A stretch of 46,032 bases of DNA, taken from NCBI GenBank assembly GCA_049437345.1, contig JBMTIN010000001.1:1-46032 (forward strand), written 5' to 3'. This document shows, piece by piece, positions 1-8,584 of this stretch. Below the pieces are notes generated by a model, which had not been told where the DNA came from, searched no databases, and saw nothing but the letters and a program-made list of their open reading frames with translations. The DNA is from Candidatus Marinamargulisbacteria bacterium (lineage in GTDB: Bacteria > Margulisbacteria > Marinamargulisbacteria > UBA817). Each line of letters begins with the position of its first letter. Positions within the stretch are counted from its first letter, which is position 1. A program made the translations under genes and the position numbers.

Positions 1-93
1 ATTTTCGGATTCTTTTATTTTATCAATTTATGCCAGAGTTATGCAGAGGTCTTTAGTAGTAACAAATCTCTAGTTAGTAGCTCTGAAACAATC

Positions 94-183
94 TGGCGGA
101 AAGGGTGGGATTCGAACCCACGTTACGCGTTAACGTAAACACGCTTTCCAAGCGTGCGCCTTCAGCCACTCGGCCACCTTTCC
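94..183 (-). tRNA. tRNA-Ser (anticodon GGA), CCA encoded
   Basis: The reverse complement reads GGAAAGGTGGCCGAGTGGCTGAAGGCGCACGCTTGGAAAGCGTG...GGGTTCGAATCCCACCCTTTCCGCCA. It has a 7-bp acceptor stem, anticodon loop TTGGAAA, a long variable arm and a GTTCGAATC T-loop. Confidence 0.9.
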
Positions 184-235
184 GTTACGTTAACATAGTA
201 AAATATTTTTAACTGCACGGCAAATACCCTGGGGG

Positions 236-2173
236 TTATTTTATGGGGGCGGGGGGCTGGACTTGGTTGTTTTCAATGGCGTGCTGGGCCATATAGAGTC
301 GACGCAGTGCCGCTTCAAATAGCGCGCGATCGGTATCATTTAACGTATCATTTATAGGCGTGGTTTCCATGGGGTCGGTGGCCAAATTATAGTAATATAC
401 GTGTTCATTTTTAGCCGAGAAGCGATATTTATATGGGTACGACACCAAACTGAATTGTTTTGCATACGGTTGAATGAGTGGAATCAGGTGGTTTTTTTGA
501 GGTGAAAAAACCGACTGACCCATAAAGTGGGTGTTCGATAGCGGCACTGACAGGAGGTCTAAAATGGTCGGGGCAATGTCTAATTGAGAATGGGCCTCAC
601 GAATGATGGTGGGATTCATTTGATTTGGCCAAGTAAGAAAAAATGGAATTCGAAACGATTCTTCATGGTAGCCGGCTTCAAGGTGAAAATTACCATGTTC
701 GCCCATAGGGAACGCATGGTCGGATGTAATAATTACCAAGCTATTGTCGTATAACCCACGGCGTTTTAGTTCATCAAAAAATACCCGAAGGCCATCATCC
801 ACCAATCGAACCGAATTGGCATAATGGTCATGAATCGATGTTGGCTCAGGGTAGACCTGACGGTCACGAGGAGGCATGGAATTAAAGGGGAAATGGTTGG
901 CAATGGTTAATAGTGTATAGAATTCGGGCGTGTTTTTTGTATGATTGGCATCAAAATAATCAAAGAATCGCTTAAAAAATATGGCGTCTTTCACGCCCCA
1001 GCGCAACGCACCATCGCGATCTTTGGGGTGGAGGTAATCGTCGGCCACAACATAGTGGTCAATGCCACGATCGGTTAAAAAACGAGCGGTGTTATCAAAT
1101 TGACGATTTTTATGTCCGGCAAACGCATGTGTTCGGTACCCCAATCGTTGCAATTCAGTGCCCAGTGAGTCAATGCGCAAGTTAGGGTGTTTGACGAATG
1201 TTTTTCCGCGAAGGGCCGGCATAAACGAAAAAAACAGCCCAAAATGCCCCTTGGCGGTTTGAATAGAGTTACCATAAAAAGGGTCAATAAACACACTATT
1301 GGTTTGTAGTGCATTTAAAAAAGGCGTGTAGGGAATGCCATTGGGAGACACTTTATTTAAAGCGGAAGCATTGAGCGATTCAACCACAATTAGAAAAATT
1401 AAGGGGCGCTTGGCGGTATTATGGTGGGTGGGGAGTTCGCGACGAAATGGGTAGGTATTGGGGGGTAAATGGACGGTTAATTGGTGCGCATTACGATAAT
1501 AAAAATACACACTTTTTGAAAAATTAAGTAATGGGTCCAGCGAATTAATCGGCCATACAATGAGCACCCCAATTACAATCCCCCCCCCCACTTTTTGAGT
1601 CCAGCGACCATGGGCCTGTCCCGATTTAGATAAGGTTTGGTATCGCCATTCAAGCCCTAAAAATACAATGCAAATAATAATGCCATATACCAAGGCACGG
1701 GTGTCCAAGGCATTGGCAATCACATCGGCGGATTCCGGACTAAACGCAATGCTCAGGTTTTCAATAATTAATCCCCACGCCAATAAATCGTTGGCCCCAA
1801 AATGATATGCCGCCGTGGTGGCATACACCAATACCAATAACAGCGATGTGCTTACGCTGACCCAGCGTCGATTAAATACGGTTCCTACAATTTTAAAAAC
1901 GGTTGATACGGTAAATATACTCCACAGAACCAGTGCCAAGCTGGTCCATGTGAACGACAGCCCGCCAGTATCGTTACTGGCAAAGACTTCATACAAATAA
2001 TACAGTTGCAATCCCCCCATAAATCGAGACAATGCGGTGGGACGAAACCCAACCCATGTGGACCACAACGATCGGATGCTTTTGGCCATCATAATCATAT
2101 AGTTACAATAATAGGGACCATTAAAATTAGCAAATCGTTCGATGGAACTAACGCATTTTATGTTACCAATCAT
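236..2173 (-). CDS. LTA-synthase/sulfatase-family membrane protein (phosphoglycerol- or phosphoethanolamine-transferase-like)
   Basis: 645-aa ORF. The N-terminal third is polytopic and hydrophobic. The C-terminal domain has alkaline-phosphatase-superfamily marks: LIVVESLNASAL metal-site region, a candidate Thr nucleophile in GNSIQTAKGHFG, and ITSDHAFPMGEHG. Confidence 0.75.
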   Translation of the reverse strand: MIGNIKCVSSIERFANFNGPYYCNYMIMMAKSIRSLWSTWVGFRPTALSRFMGGLQLYYLYEVFASNDTGGLSFTWTSLALVLWSIFTVSTVFKIVGTVFNRRWVSVSTSLLLVLVYATTAAYHFGANDLLAWGLIIENLSIAFSPESADVIANALDTRALVYGIIICIVFLGLEWRYQTLSKSGQAHGRWTQKVGGGIVIGVLIVWPINSLDPLLNFSKSVYFYYRNAHQLTVHLPPNTYPFRRELPTHHNTAKRPLIFLIVVESLNASALNKVSPNGIPYTPFLNALQTNSVFIDPFYGNSIQTAKGHFGLFFSFMPALRGKTFVKHPNLRIDSLGTELQRLGYRTHAFAGHKNRQFDNTARFLTDRGIDHYVVADDYLHPKDRDGALRWGVKDAIFFKRFFDYFDANHTKNTPEFYTLLTIANHFPFNSMPPRDRQVYPEPTSIHDHYANSVRLVDDGLRVFFDELKRRGLYDNSLVIITSDHAFPMGEHGNFHLEAGYHEESFRIPFFLTWPNQMNPTIIREAHSQLDIAPTILDLLSVPLSNTHFMGQSVFSPQKNHLIPLIQPYAKQFSLVSYPYKYRFSAKNEHVYYYNLATDPMETTPINDTLNDTDRALFEAALRRLYMAQHAIENNQVQPPAPIK

Positions 2174-2283
2174 TACGACATTGTTATATGGTGGTTTGAA
2201 TCTCCCCTGTTTTCATCCTTATTTGGTGTCAATACCGTCGCTAATTGGTCAAATAATGTGCTTAATCCAACCCATCGATATTG

Positions 2284-2470
2284 AGCCACGCTGAGAAATC
2301 AAGGAGTCACGCTGCGAAATCTTAAATATTACTCCACGAAATTTAAAATGACACGATTAGGACAATGGTTGTTTGGGTATTACTCCGACCAGAAAGTAGT
2401 ACTCATGCATTCGCCTCAGAAATAGTATCCTAAATGAATACTATTTCGTGACCGGAGTAATAATACGGCG
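2284..2470. repeat. Repeat-rich, hairpin-forming intergenic segment
   Basis: Direct repeats cacgctgAgaaatc (2287-2300) and cacgctgCgaaatc (2308-2321). Three copies of a tattactcc(g) motif: 2327-2335 (+), 2378-2390 (+) and 2450-2463 (inverted). Nested perfect 10-bp hairpin gaaatagtat (2419-2428) / atactatttc (2438-2447). Confidence 0.6.
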
Positions 2471-2550
2471 GTGTAAAATAATCAGAATGGCGCGCTCAAA
2501 CGGGGGCTTTTTTAATTTTCAACCCAAATAATTGTTTTTTCCAAATTTTA

Positions 2551-2569
2551 ATTGGTGGAGGTGGGCGGA
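2551..2569 (-). repeat. Partial duplicate of the tmRNA 3' end (att-like direct repeat)
   Basis: attggtggaggtgGGcgga at 2551-2569 versus attggtggaggtgACcgga at 3833-3851, which is the ssrA 3' acceptor arm plus CCA plus 2 flanking nt. There are 13 identical nt, and 17 of 19 overall. Confidence 0.7.
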
Positions 2570-2581
2570 TGACGTTAGAAC

Positions 2582-3694
2582 CTATTTTTTAAATAATTCA
2601 AGCAAAGCGGTATTTAAAAACAAGTTTTCTCTTCCTACTTTTTTAGATGTTAAAAAACCTGCTCTTTCAAGTTGATGTAGATATTCAGAGCCTGTTTGGC
2701 GTTTGGCAATATTAGATTTCTCTAAAAATTTTACTTTACAATAGGGCTGTTGAAATAGGGTGTCAATTAACTCTCTCGAATACATTTTAGGAAACTGTCG
2801 TTTCATATTTTTACTGAACTCTCTGATCAATGTTTGTATAGACTGAATCTTTAGAATGGTTTCTTCAGCAGATTGTTTTATGCAAGTTAATATAAACATA
2901 ATCCAGGGTTCATACTCTTTTTTAAAAGTTACTTCCCTAAGCAATGTATAGTAGCGGTTTTTATTTTCAATAATATGGTGGCTTAAGTATAAGATAGGCA
3001 ATTGAATTAAGTTCTGTTGAACAAGATATAGTACGTTTAAGATCCTGCCTGTTCTACCATTTCCGTCATAAAATGGGTGAATGGCCTCAAATTGATAGTG
3101 CATTACTGCCAGTTTAATGAGCGGGTCAACACCGTCTTCACTGTGTAGATAATCTTCCAAATTTTTAAGTTTGTCCCTAATAAGCTGCTCTCCAACAGGT
3201 GGCGTATAAATAACGTTGCCTGTCATTGCATTTTTCAGTGCTGTTCCAGGTAACGAACGTATTCCAGAATCGTGTTGCATAAGTTCTGCTTGTATATCTG
3301 TAATAATATTCGTTGTTAAAAAAGGTCGATCTTGTAAATAAGAAAAGCCCTTCCATAGAGCATCTTTGTACTTTAGAACTTCTTTGGTTGCAGAATCCAT
3401 ATTTTTATCAGGTATAGATAGTGCTTGATATAATTCATCGGTTGTTGTAATAATATTTTCAATTTCCGAGCTATATTGAGCCTCTTTAAGTGATAACGTA
3501 TTGATAAAAATGCTTTGATTTGGAATTGTTTCGGCCAATCCTTTAAGCTCAGCTAATTTTCTGTTTGCCATTATAGATGCTTTTAGTATTGCCTTGGTCT
3601 CTATCTCTTCCTTAGGTGGAAGCAAAGGCAAGTCATTAAATGGTTCGTTTGGGTTAATTTGCACAGTAATATAATATGTCGATATAATCGACAT
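2582..3694 (-). CDS. Fic family protein (AMPylase-type, class II with internal inhibitory helix, C-terminal winged helix)
   Basis: 370-aa ORF with the canonical Fic motif HPFYDGNGRTGR. It has an N-terminal S-x-x-x-E-N inhibitory motif (SSEIEN) and a C-terminal wHTH-like segment (AKRQTGSEYLHQLERAGFLTSKKVGRENLF). Confidence 0.9.
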   Translation of the reverse strand: MSIISTYYITVQINPNEPFNDLPLLPPKEEIETKAILKASIMANRKLAELKGLAETIPNQSIFINTLSLKEAQYSSEIENIITTTDELYQALSIPDKNMDSATKEVLKYKDALWKGFSYLQDRPFLTTNIITDIQAELMQHDSGIRSLPGTALKNAMTGNVIYTPPVGEQLIRDKLKNLEDYLHSEDGVDPLIKLAVMHYQFEAIHPFYDGNGRTGRILNVLYLVQQNLIQLPILYLSHHIIENKNRYYTLLREVTFKKEYEPWIMFILTCIKQSAEETILKIQSIQTLIREFSKNMKRQFPKMYSRELIDTLFQQPYCKVKFLEKSNIAKRQTGSEYLHQLERAGFLTSKKVGRENLFLNTALLELFKK

Positions 3695-3736
3695 GTCAAC
3701 GACATATGTCGATTAAATAGAAAAATATCGACATAT
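3674..3736. promoter_or_regulatory. Operator-like array of ATGTCGAT/ATCGACAT half-sites overlapping the Fic start codon
   Basis: Half-sites lie at 3676-3683, 3687-3694 (contains the Fic ATG), 3700-3713 (perfect palindrome cgacatatgtcg) and 3727-3734. Confidence 0.55.
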
Positions 3737-3834
3737 ATACGGCTAAGCAGGTGCTCGGAATTGAACCCCTTTTTGAACGTAGATATCTAAAGTGAAGATA
3801 AAACTTTTTGGTTATTTGTACCTAAAAAGTTTAT

Positions 3835-4214
3835 TGGTGGAGGTGACCGGAATCGAACCGGTGTCCGTGAATGCGACAAATTAAACCACTACGAGTGTAG
3901 TTCCTGAATGGTTAACCATGCATACCTTGCGCAGGAACTCGCGGGTAAGCATGGGCTAGCGGTGTTGTTTAATGATGGGAACCCGTTAACACGTGCCCAT
4001 CACGAGTTGATAAAATTAAAAAGCCGCGTGAATGATCAACACATCCACGATGCTGCGCAATGACTTAATTAAGCCGCTGCTGCGATTGGTTGATTAAAAT
4101 CAACCGAAACTACGTTGTCTGCAGTTATTTTTGTCTGCCTTTTTACGAGGCCGGGCAGCTCCTCGACTCGCGCTCTAATTCAACGATCATTCTCGTCGAA
4201 GCCAAAACACCCCC
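3835..4214 (-). ncRNA. ssrA: tmRNA (ssrA), predicted tag ADNVVSVDFNQPIAAAA
   Basis: The minus strand starts GGGGGTGTTTTGGCTTCGACG and ends CCGGTTCGATTCCGGTCACCTCCACCA, a tRNA-Ala-like domain. The internal tag ORF GCAGACAAC...GCAGCAGCGGCTTAA (4069-4122) follows an AAAAATAACT resume context. Confidence 0.9.
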
Positions 4215-4301
4215 AAAGATCAAGTTCGTCAGCCATGCTGATACCTTTACAATAGGCGATAATAGTAACGTTTGGCAACTGAGAATATGCCCCAGGCAAC
4301 A

Positions 4302-5609
4302 CTAATTTACAATATGGTCATAAATGGCGGTGAATTGACGCACTTCATCTTGACTTAATGACTGGTGGCGTCGCTTCATCATGCGGTCCAGAGTGGTGAC
4401 AAATGCGTTAATATCGTGTTTTTTGTAGTCATGGGCCTGGCCCCAGGTGAAAGGAGGAACAAAGGTAGAATGAGACGAGTGACCGTACAAACTACAGGCG
4501 CTACCAATTACGCTGCCGCAGGTAATGGCCGTTTGAATGCCTGTTTTAACAAAGTCGCCTAAAACGGCACCCAAGAATAGTTGGTCCGAGGCCATCGATT
4601 CCGGGGTCATGCCACGATGCGTATTCACATCACTATACGAGAGCTTTAAATTCGATATCGTGGTCCCCGCCCCCAAGTTAACCCACTCACCGGTCAGACT
4701 ATTTCCAATATACCCGTCATGACTTTTATTGGAATACGCTTGAATGATGCTACTTTTAACTTCGCCGCCAATTTTGCAATGCGCCCCAATATACGATGAT
4801 GCAATGGCGGTATGGCTATGAATGGCGCTGCCTTCTCCAATAAAACAGGGGCCTTGAATATGTGAAAATGGTTGAATGGTTGCATTATCCATAATCACAA
4901 TGGGGCCCTGCCTCGCATCCAATACCGTGTAGGGGGCAATCGTTGCTGTGCTAGCAATGCTCATACGAGTGTCATTAATTAATGTCGAAAAACTGGCAAT
5001 GTCACCTTCAATTAATTGGCGTTTTGAATAAGTATCAAAATCCGCATTCAGTACGGAAGAAAATGTGGTTAAATAATCCCACCAATGGGTGGTTAGCCCC
5101 AGGTATTTTTTTTCGCTAACAATGCTGTCCTTACGTAGTTGCCCCATAATGGCATCAAACGTCGGCTGTGTTTGCAGTAAGCCAAAGACCAAGGTGTTCA
5201 TCGTCCCTGTCGCGTAAATCATCGGTACGGAGTTGTTGTTAATAAATAATTGGTTTTTGGTGGGCTGAATTCCCGATAATAAGGTATTTAGGTGTGCCAA
5301 TGACATTCCTCCCAAGCGACCATTGACATACAACGTGGGTAGGCTTTTATTTAATTGATTAATGGTCAATGTTGGAAACCGTTTTTTTAAAAAAAGGGCC
5401 TGAGATGGTTGGCAGAGTAACGTTAATGTTTGTTCTGGCAAAAAAAGGCGTAATTTTTCGACCAAATTATGCATGCCATGGGGGATAGTGTATACCGGTC
5501 GTGTTAATTGGTAGGGCGTGGCATTTTTGGCATCGTGGTCTTCAAAAATGCAAATTTGAAATGGGCTATTCACTGTTGCTTTTTGATTTAGATTGACTAT
5601 CGTTGGCAT
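4302..5609 (-). CDS. Putative sugar nucleotidyltransferase / acyltransferase with left-handed beta-helix (alternative GlmU-like family)
   Basis: 435-aa ORF. The N-terminus ICIFEDHDAKNATPYQLTRPV resembles the nucleotidyltransferase-like start of this family. The C-terminal half has hexapeptide-repeat character (IGEGSAIHSHTAIASSYIGAHCKIGGEV...IGNSLTGEWVNLGAGT). The start overlaps the upstream gene by 44 nt and may lie further downstream. Confidence 0.6.
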   Translation of the reverse strand: MPTIVNLNQKATVNSPFQICIFEDHDAKNATPYQLTRPVYTIPHGMHNLVEKLRLFLPEQTLTLLCQPSQALFLKKRFPTLTINQLNKSLPTLYVNGRLGGMSLAHLNTLLSGIQPTKNQLFINNNSVPMIYATGTMNTLVFGLLQTQPTFDAIMGQLRKDSIVSEKKYLGLTTHWWDYLTTFSSVLNADFDTYSKRQLIEGDIASFSTLINDTRMSIASTATIAPYTVLDARQGPIVIMDNATIQPFSHIQGPCFIGEGSAIHSHTAIASSYIGAHCKIGGEVKSSIIQAYSNKSHDGYIGNSLTGEWVNLGAGTTISNLKLSYSDVNTHRGMTPESMASDQLFLGAVLGDFVKTGIQTAITCGSVIGSACSLYGHSSHSTFVPPFTWGQAHDYKKHDINAFVTTLDRMMKRRHQSLSQDEVRQFTAIYDHIVN

Positions 5610-5766
5610 AAAAACCAGTGCCCTTAAATTGAATGCCCACGGATTGTATGACCCGAAAAATATCGGCGGAGCATTGGGGGCAATCGGTCAGGGGGGCGTC
5701 CATCATGGACTGAACGGTTTCAAATTCATGGGCACATGATTTACAGCGGTATTGGTATGTTGGCAT
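5566..5766 (-). CDS. FmdB-family zinc-ribbon protein
   Basis: 66 aa. It reads MPTYQYRCKSCAHEFE...CPQC, the CxxC-x-CxxC zinc ribbon typical of the FmdB/CxxC_CxxC_SSSS family. Confidence 0.8.
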   Translation of the reverse strand: MPTYQYRCKSCAHEFETVQSMMDAPLTDCPQCSADIFRVIQSVGIQFKGTGFYANDSQSKSKSNSE

Positions 5767-8474
5767 TAGCGATCCTTTCGTAATTGACGGATCAATTGAT
5801 CCAGTGTTTTAAATTCAAGACCAAAGTTAACCCAATCCGAGGATTTTAGTCGATCTTTAGCTCTAGAATAGGTGTCAATAATTTTTTTTGTCAACTCATT
5901 TTTAGTATCTGTGGTGGGGACTGGCTCCGAAATTGTAGTGGGCATGGGTGAATTTGTAAGTTGGCGAATTCCATCGGCAATGGATGGGGTCATGGTGACT
6001 TTATCGCCCGCCGCTACAATCACCCGTTTAAGTTCGGGCAACTTACTCTGAGTGGCTTGCAGATAAATAGGTTCAATATAAAAGATGGCATTTTTGTAAG
6101 GAATAACCATTAAATTTCCGCGAATAACACGAGACCCAACTTGGCCCCATAGGGTTAAGTCTTTGGATATGTCGGTATTTTGATCGATTCGAGATTCAAT
6201 TTGCAGTGGCCCATATACCGTTTCTTGCTTGGGGTACTTATATACCGTGAGTTTTCCAAAATTGTCTGGCTCGCATGATGCGGTTAGAATAGACACCAAA
6301 TTATTTTTATTGGATGGGGTTAAGGGCAACATCATGACATATTCATTTCGGTGGGAGACTTGATTATTAAAGTACATGTAATATGGGTCCATGGTAATGC
6401 CCGTTTCCGAATCGTAGGTTTCCGTAGGAAAGGTCCACACATCTTCTTTATTATAAAAAACTTGAGGGTCGGTCATGTGATACGTATTGTAGATGGTTGA
6501 AACAACTTTAAATAAATCTTTTGGAAACCGAATGTGTGCTTTTAGGTCATTTGGCATGTCTGACAATGGTTTCAATAATGATGGGTACATGGCGTGGGTG
6601 CTCATAATAATCGGGTCTTTGTCATCTTTAATGTAAAAATGGGTTTCTCCAGAATAGGCATCCACGGTGGCCACAACAGAGTTTCGTATATAGTTTGTGT
6701 TTCGTGAATATGGAGTGGCGTATGGGAAATGGCTCGATGCCGTGTAGCCATCAATCATCCATATTAATCGACCACGATGAACCACTAAATATGGGTCGCG
6801 ATCGTAAGTAATAAACGGGGTGATCTTTTGAGGGATTAAATGGACATTTCGATCAAATAGCAATCGTGATTTACCATGAATATTTTGGCTAATAAGTAAT
6901 TTAATATCGCGTAGTTTAATGGCAAAAACAAGCCGTTTAAAAAATGAATCCAATACAATGCCCCCGGTCCCCGAATAGTGTGTGTAACGGTTTTCGTTAT
7001 CTTTCGGATAATCAAATTCTTTTTGACGAGTGTTGGCAATGACATAATGATTGGTGGATTCCCCAAAATAAATTTCAGGGCGATCAATCACAATGTTTGA
7101 TTTACTTACGGGTGGAATATCACGAATTAACAATTCCGGCAGCCCTTCGGCATTAAATTGATTCACGGGAACCATGCACAGCCCATAACCATGGGTAAAA
7201 ATCAGATGCTTATTCACCCATGTTTGGGCTTTTTGACTAATTTGCTGAATATCAAGTTCTCGTGCAGATACCATGACCTGCTGGGGTTTATTATTGACCA
7301 TATATCGATCAATATCCACGGTTTGAAATTCATAATATAAGCGGATTTCTTGCAATTGTTTTAATGTTGATTTTAATGGGCCTGGATTCCATAAACGTGC
7401 ATTATTTAAAACGGTGCGAAAGTTCGGGTCATTTTTAATAATGGGTTTTTTTTGATACGCAATGTCCACGTTTTCAATCGCATCAAGTTGATATGCCAAT
7501 TGCGTATAGTGAATATTATGTTTAATAAATGGGATTTCTTTTTTAAATTCATTGGGTGCTACCACATAATTTTGAATAAGCGATGGAATGAGCGTTAGGC
7601 CAATCATATGAAATGCCCCATATCCAATGACCCCGGCCAAGGTCCACCGTAAGGACAAACGAAAAATAAGAAGGATGGCTAAAATGGCCAACCCAACCCA
7701 AATAATTGGCAATACACCAATGGCTTTGAGGTAAACGTTGGCATCCGTGTATCCCAAGCCATGGATAATGCCATTATTTTTAAATAACAGCTGAAACTTC
7801 GCTTGGTAGGCCGAGGCCGAAAATAAGCCAAAAATAAGGGCCAACATTCCCAATACATGCCCGCGAACCCAGTAGTGTGTTTTTGTAAAGAATAGCCCAA
7901 AAAAACCGTGCTGAACATAATGCCAAAGGCTATACAAAAGACCGGTAATGGCAACAAATTTAAGTAATCCAATGACATGACCAATGATCGGAAATAAGAA
8001 CACAAAAAATGAGACATCTTTGTTAAAAATAGGGTCTGAAATATGAAATGGTTGAGCGTAAAATGACAAGACAATATCGTGCCAATAGTGACTGCCCACT
8101 TTGGCCGCTAAAAGAGACACCGTCACGAGTCCGGCCCACTTTAATCCATTCGATATTTTTTGAGTGGTATTGGTGTACCCCGATAACAACGTGCCAATGA
8201 TTTTTTTGAATTGATGCCACAGGGGGGATGATGGTTCATTGGGAATCGTGAATTTAGATCGTTGAATCACTGTACGGGTCAACCGAGCATTAATCGCGTA
8301 AATGCTAAAAATCACACTAAAAAATAACGCAAAACTTCCTAGTTTATAGCCCAATTGGGTAAGATAAGTGCCGGCATAACCCATGGCTTCAAACCAATAT
8401 AAACTGGGAAGAATGTGAGCAATTCCAACGTATAGAATCAATGCGAAAAATAAAAATAAACCAATAAAAATCAT
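5766..8474 (-). CDS. UPF0182 family membrane protein (function unknown)
   Basis: 902 aa. The N-terminus is multi-TM, followed by a large soluble region with family-typical stretches (ARLWNPGPL...LQEIRLYYEF.TVDIDRY, FTHGYG). Its stop overlaps the FmdB start. Confidence 0.75.
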   Translation of the reverse strand: MIFIGLFLFFALILYVGIAHILPSLYWFEAMGYAGTYLTQLGYKLGSFALFFSVIFSIYAINARLTRTVIQRSKFTIPNEPSSPLWHQFKKIIGTLLSGYTNTTQKISNGLKWAGLVTVSLLAAKVGSHYWHDIVLSFYAQPFHISDPIFNKDVSFFVFLFPIIGHVIGLLKFVAITGLLYSLWHYVQHGFFGLFFTKTHYWVRGHVLGMLALIFGLFSASAYQAKFQLLFKNNGIIHGLGYTDANVYLKAIGVLPIIWVGLAILAILLIFRLSLRWTLAGVIGYGAFHMIGLTLIPSLIQNYVVAPNEFKKEIPFIKHNIHYTQLAYQLDAIENVDIAYQKKPIIKNDPNFRTVLNNARLWNPGPLKSTLKQLQEIRLYYEFQTVDIDRYMVNNKPQQVMVSARELDIQQISQKAQTWVNKHLIFTHGYGLCMVPVNQFNAEGLPELLIRDIPPVSKSNIVIDRPEIYFGESTNHYVIANTRQKEFDYPKDNENRYTHYSGTGGIVLDSFFKRLVFAIKLRDIKLLISQNIHGKSRLLFDRNVHLIPQKITPFITYDRDPYLVVHRGRLIWMIDGYTASSHFPYATPYSRNTNYIRNSVVATVDAYSGETHFYIKDDKDPIIMSTHAMYPSLLKPLSDMPNDLKAHIRFPKDLFKVVSTIYNTYHMTDPQVFYNKEDVWTFPTETYDSETGITMDPYYMYFNNQVSHRNEYVMMLPLTPSNKNNLVSILTASCEPDNFGKLTVYKYPKQETVYGPLQIESRIDQNTDISKDLTLWGQVGSRVIRGNLMVIPYKNAIFYIEPIYLQATQSKLPELKRVIVAAGDKVTMTPSIADGIRQLTNSPMPTTISEPVPTTDTKNELTKKIIDTYSRAKDRLKSSDWVNFGLEFKTLDQLIRQLRKDR

Positions 8475-8482
8475 AATAAATG

Positions 8483-8560
8483 TGGTAGCGGCGACTGGAG
8501 TTGAACCAGTGACCTCACGGGTATGAACCGTGCGCTCTCACCAAGCTGAGCTACGCCGCC
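8483..8560 (-). tRNA. tRNA with CAT anticodon (elongator Met or lysidine-modified Ile2), CCA encoded
   Basis: The reverse complement reads GGCGGCGTAGCTCAGCTTGGTGAGAGCGCACGGTTCATACCCGTGAGGTCACTGGTTCAACTCCAGTCGCCGCTACCA, with anticodon loop TTCATAC. It is not initiator-like, since the anticodon stem lacks a GGG/CCC run. Confidence 0.85.
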
Positions 8561-8584
8561 ATGACAGGTATAGTACCAATTTCT

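Noticed and set aside
2490-2520. cgggggcttttttaatttt as a rho-independent terminator
   Set aside because: I could not find a complementary stem upstream of the T-run on either strand.
4090-4305. 71-aa plus-strand ORF
   Set aside because: It lies largely antisense to the 5' half of the tmRNA gene (3835-4214) and has no motifs. It is best explained as a chance ORF.
6836-8220. Several 60-131-aa same-strand or opposite-strand ORFs inside the UPF0182 gene
   Set aside because: They are alternative frames of a long continuous conserved ORF, with no independent support.
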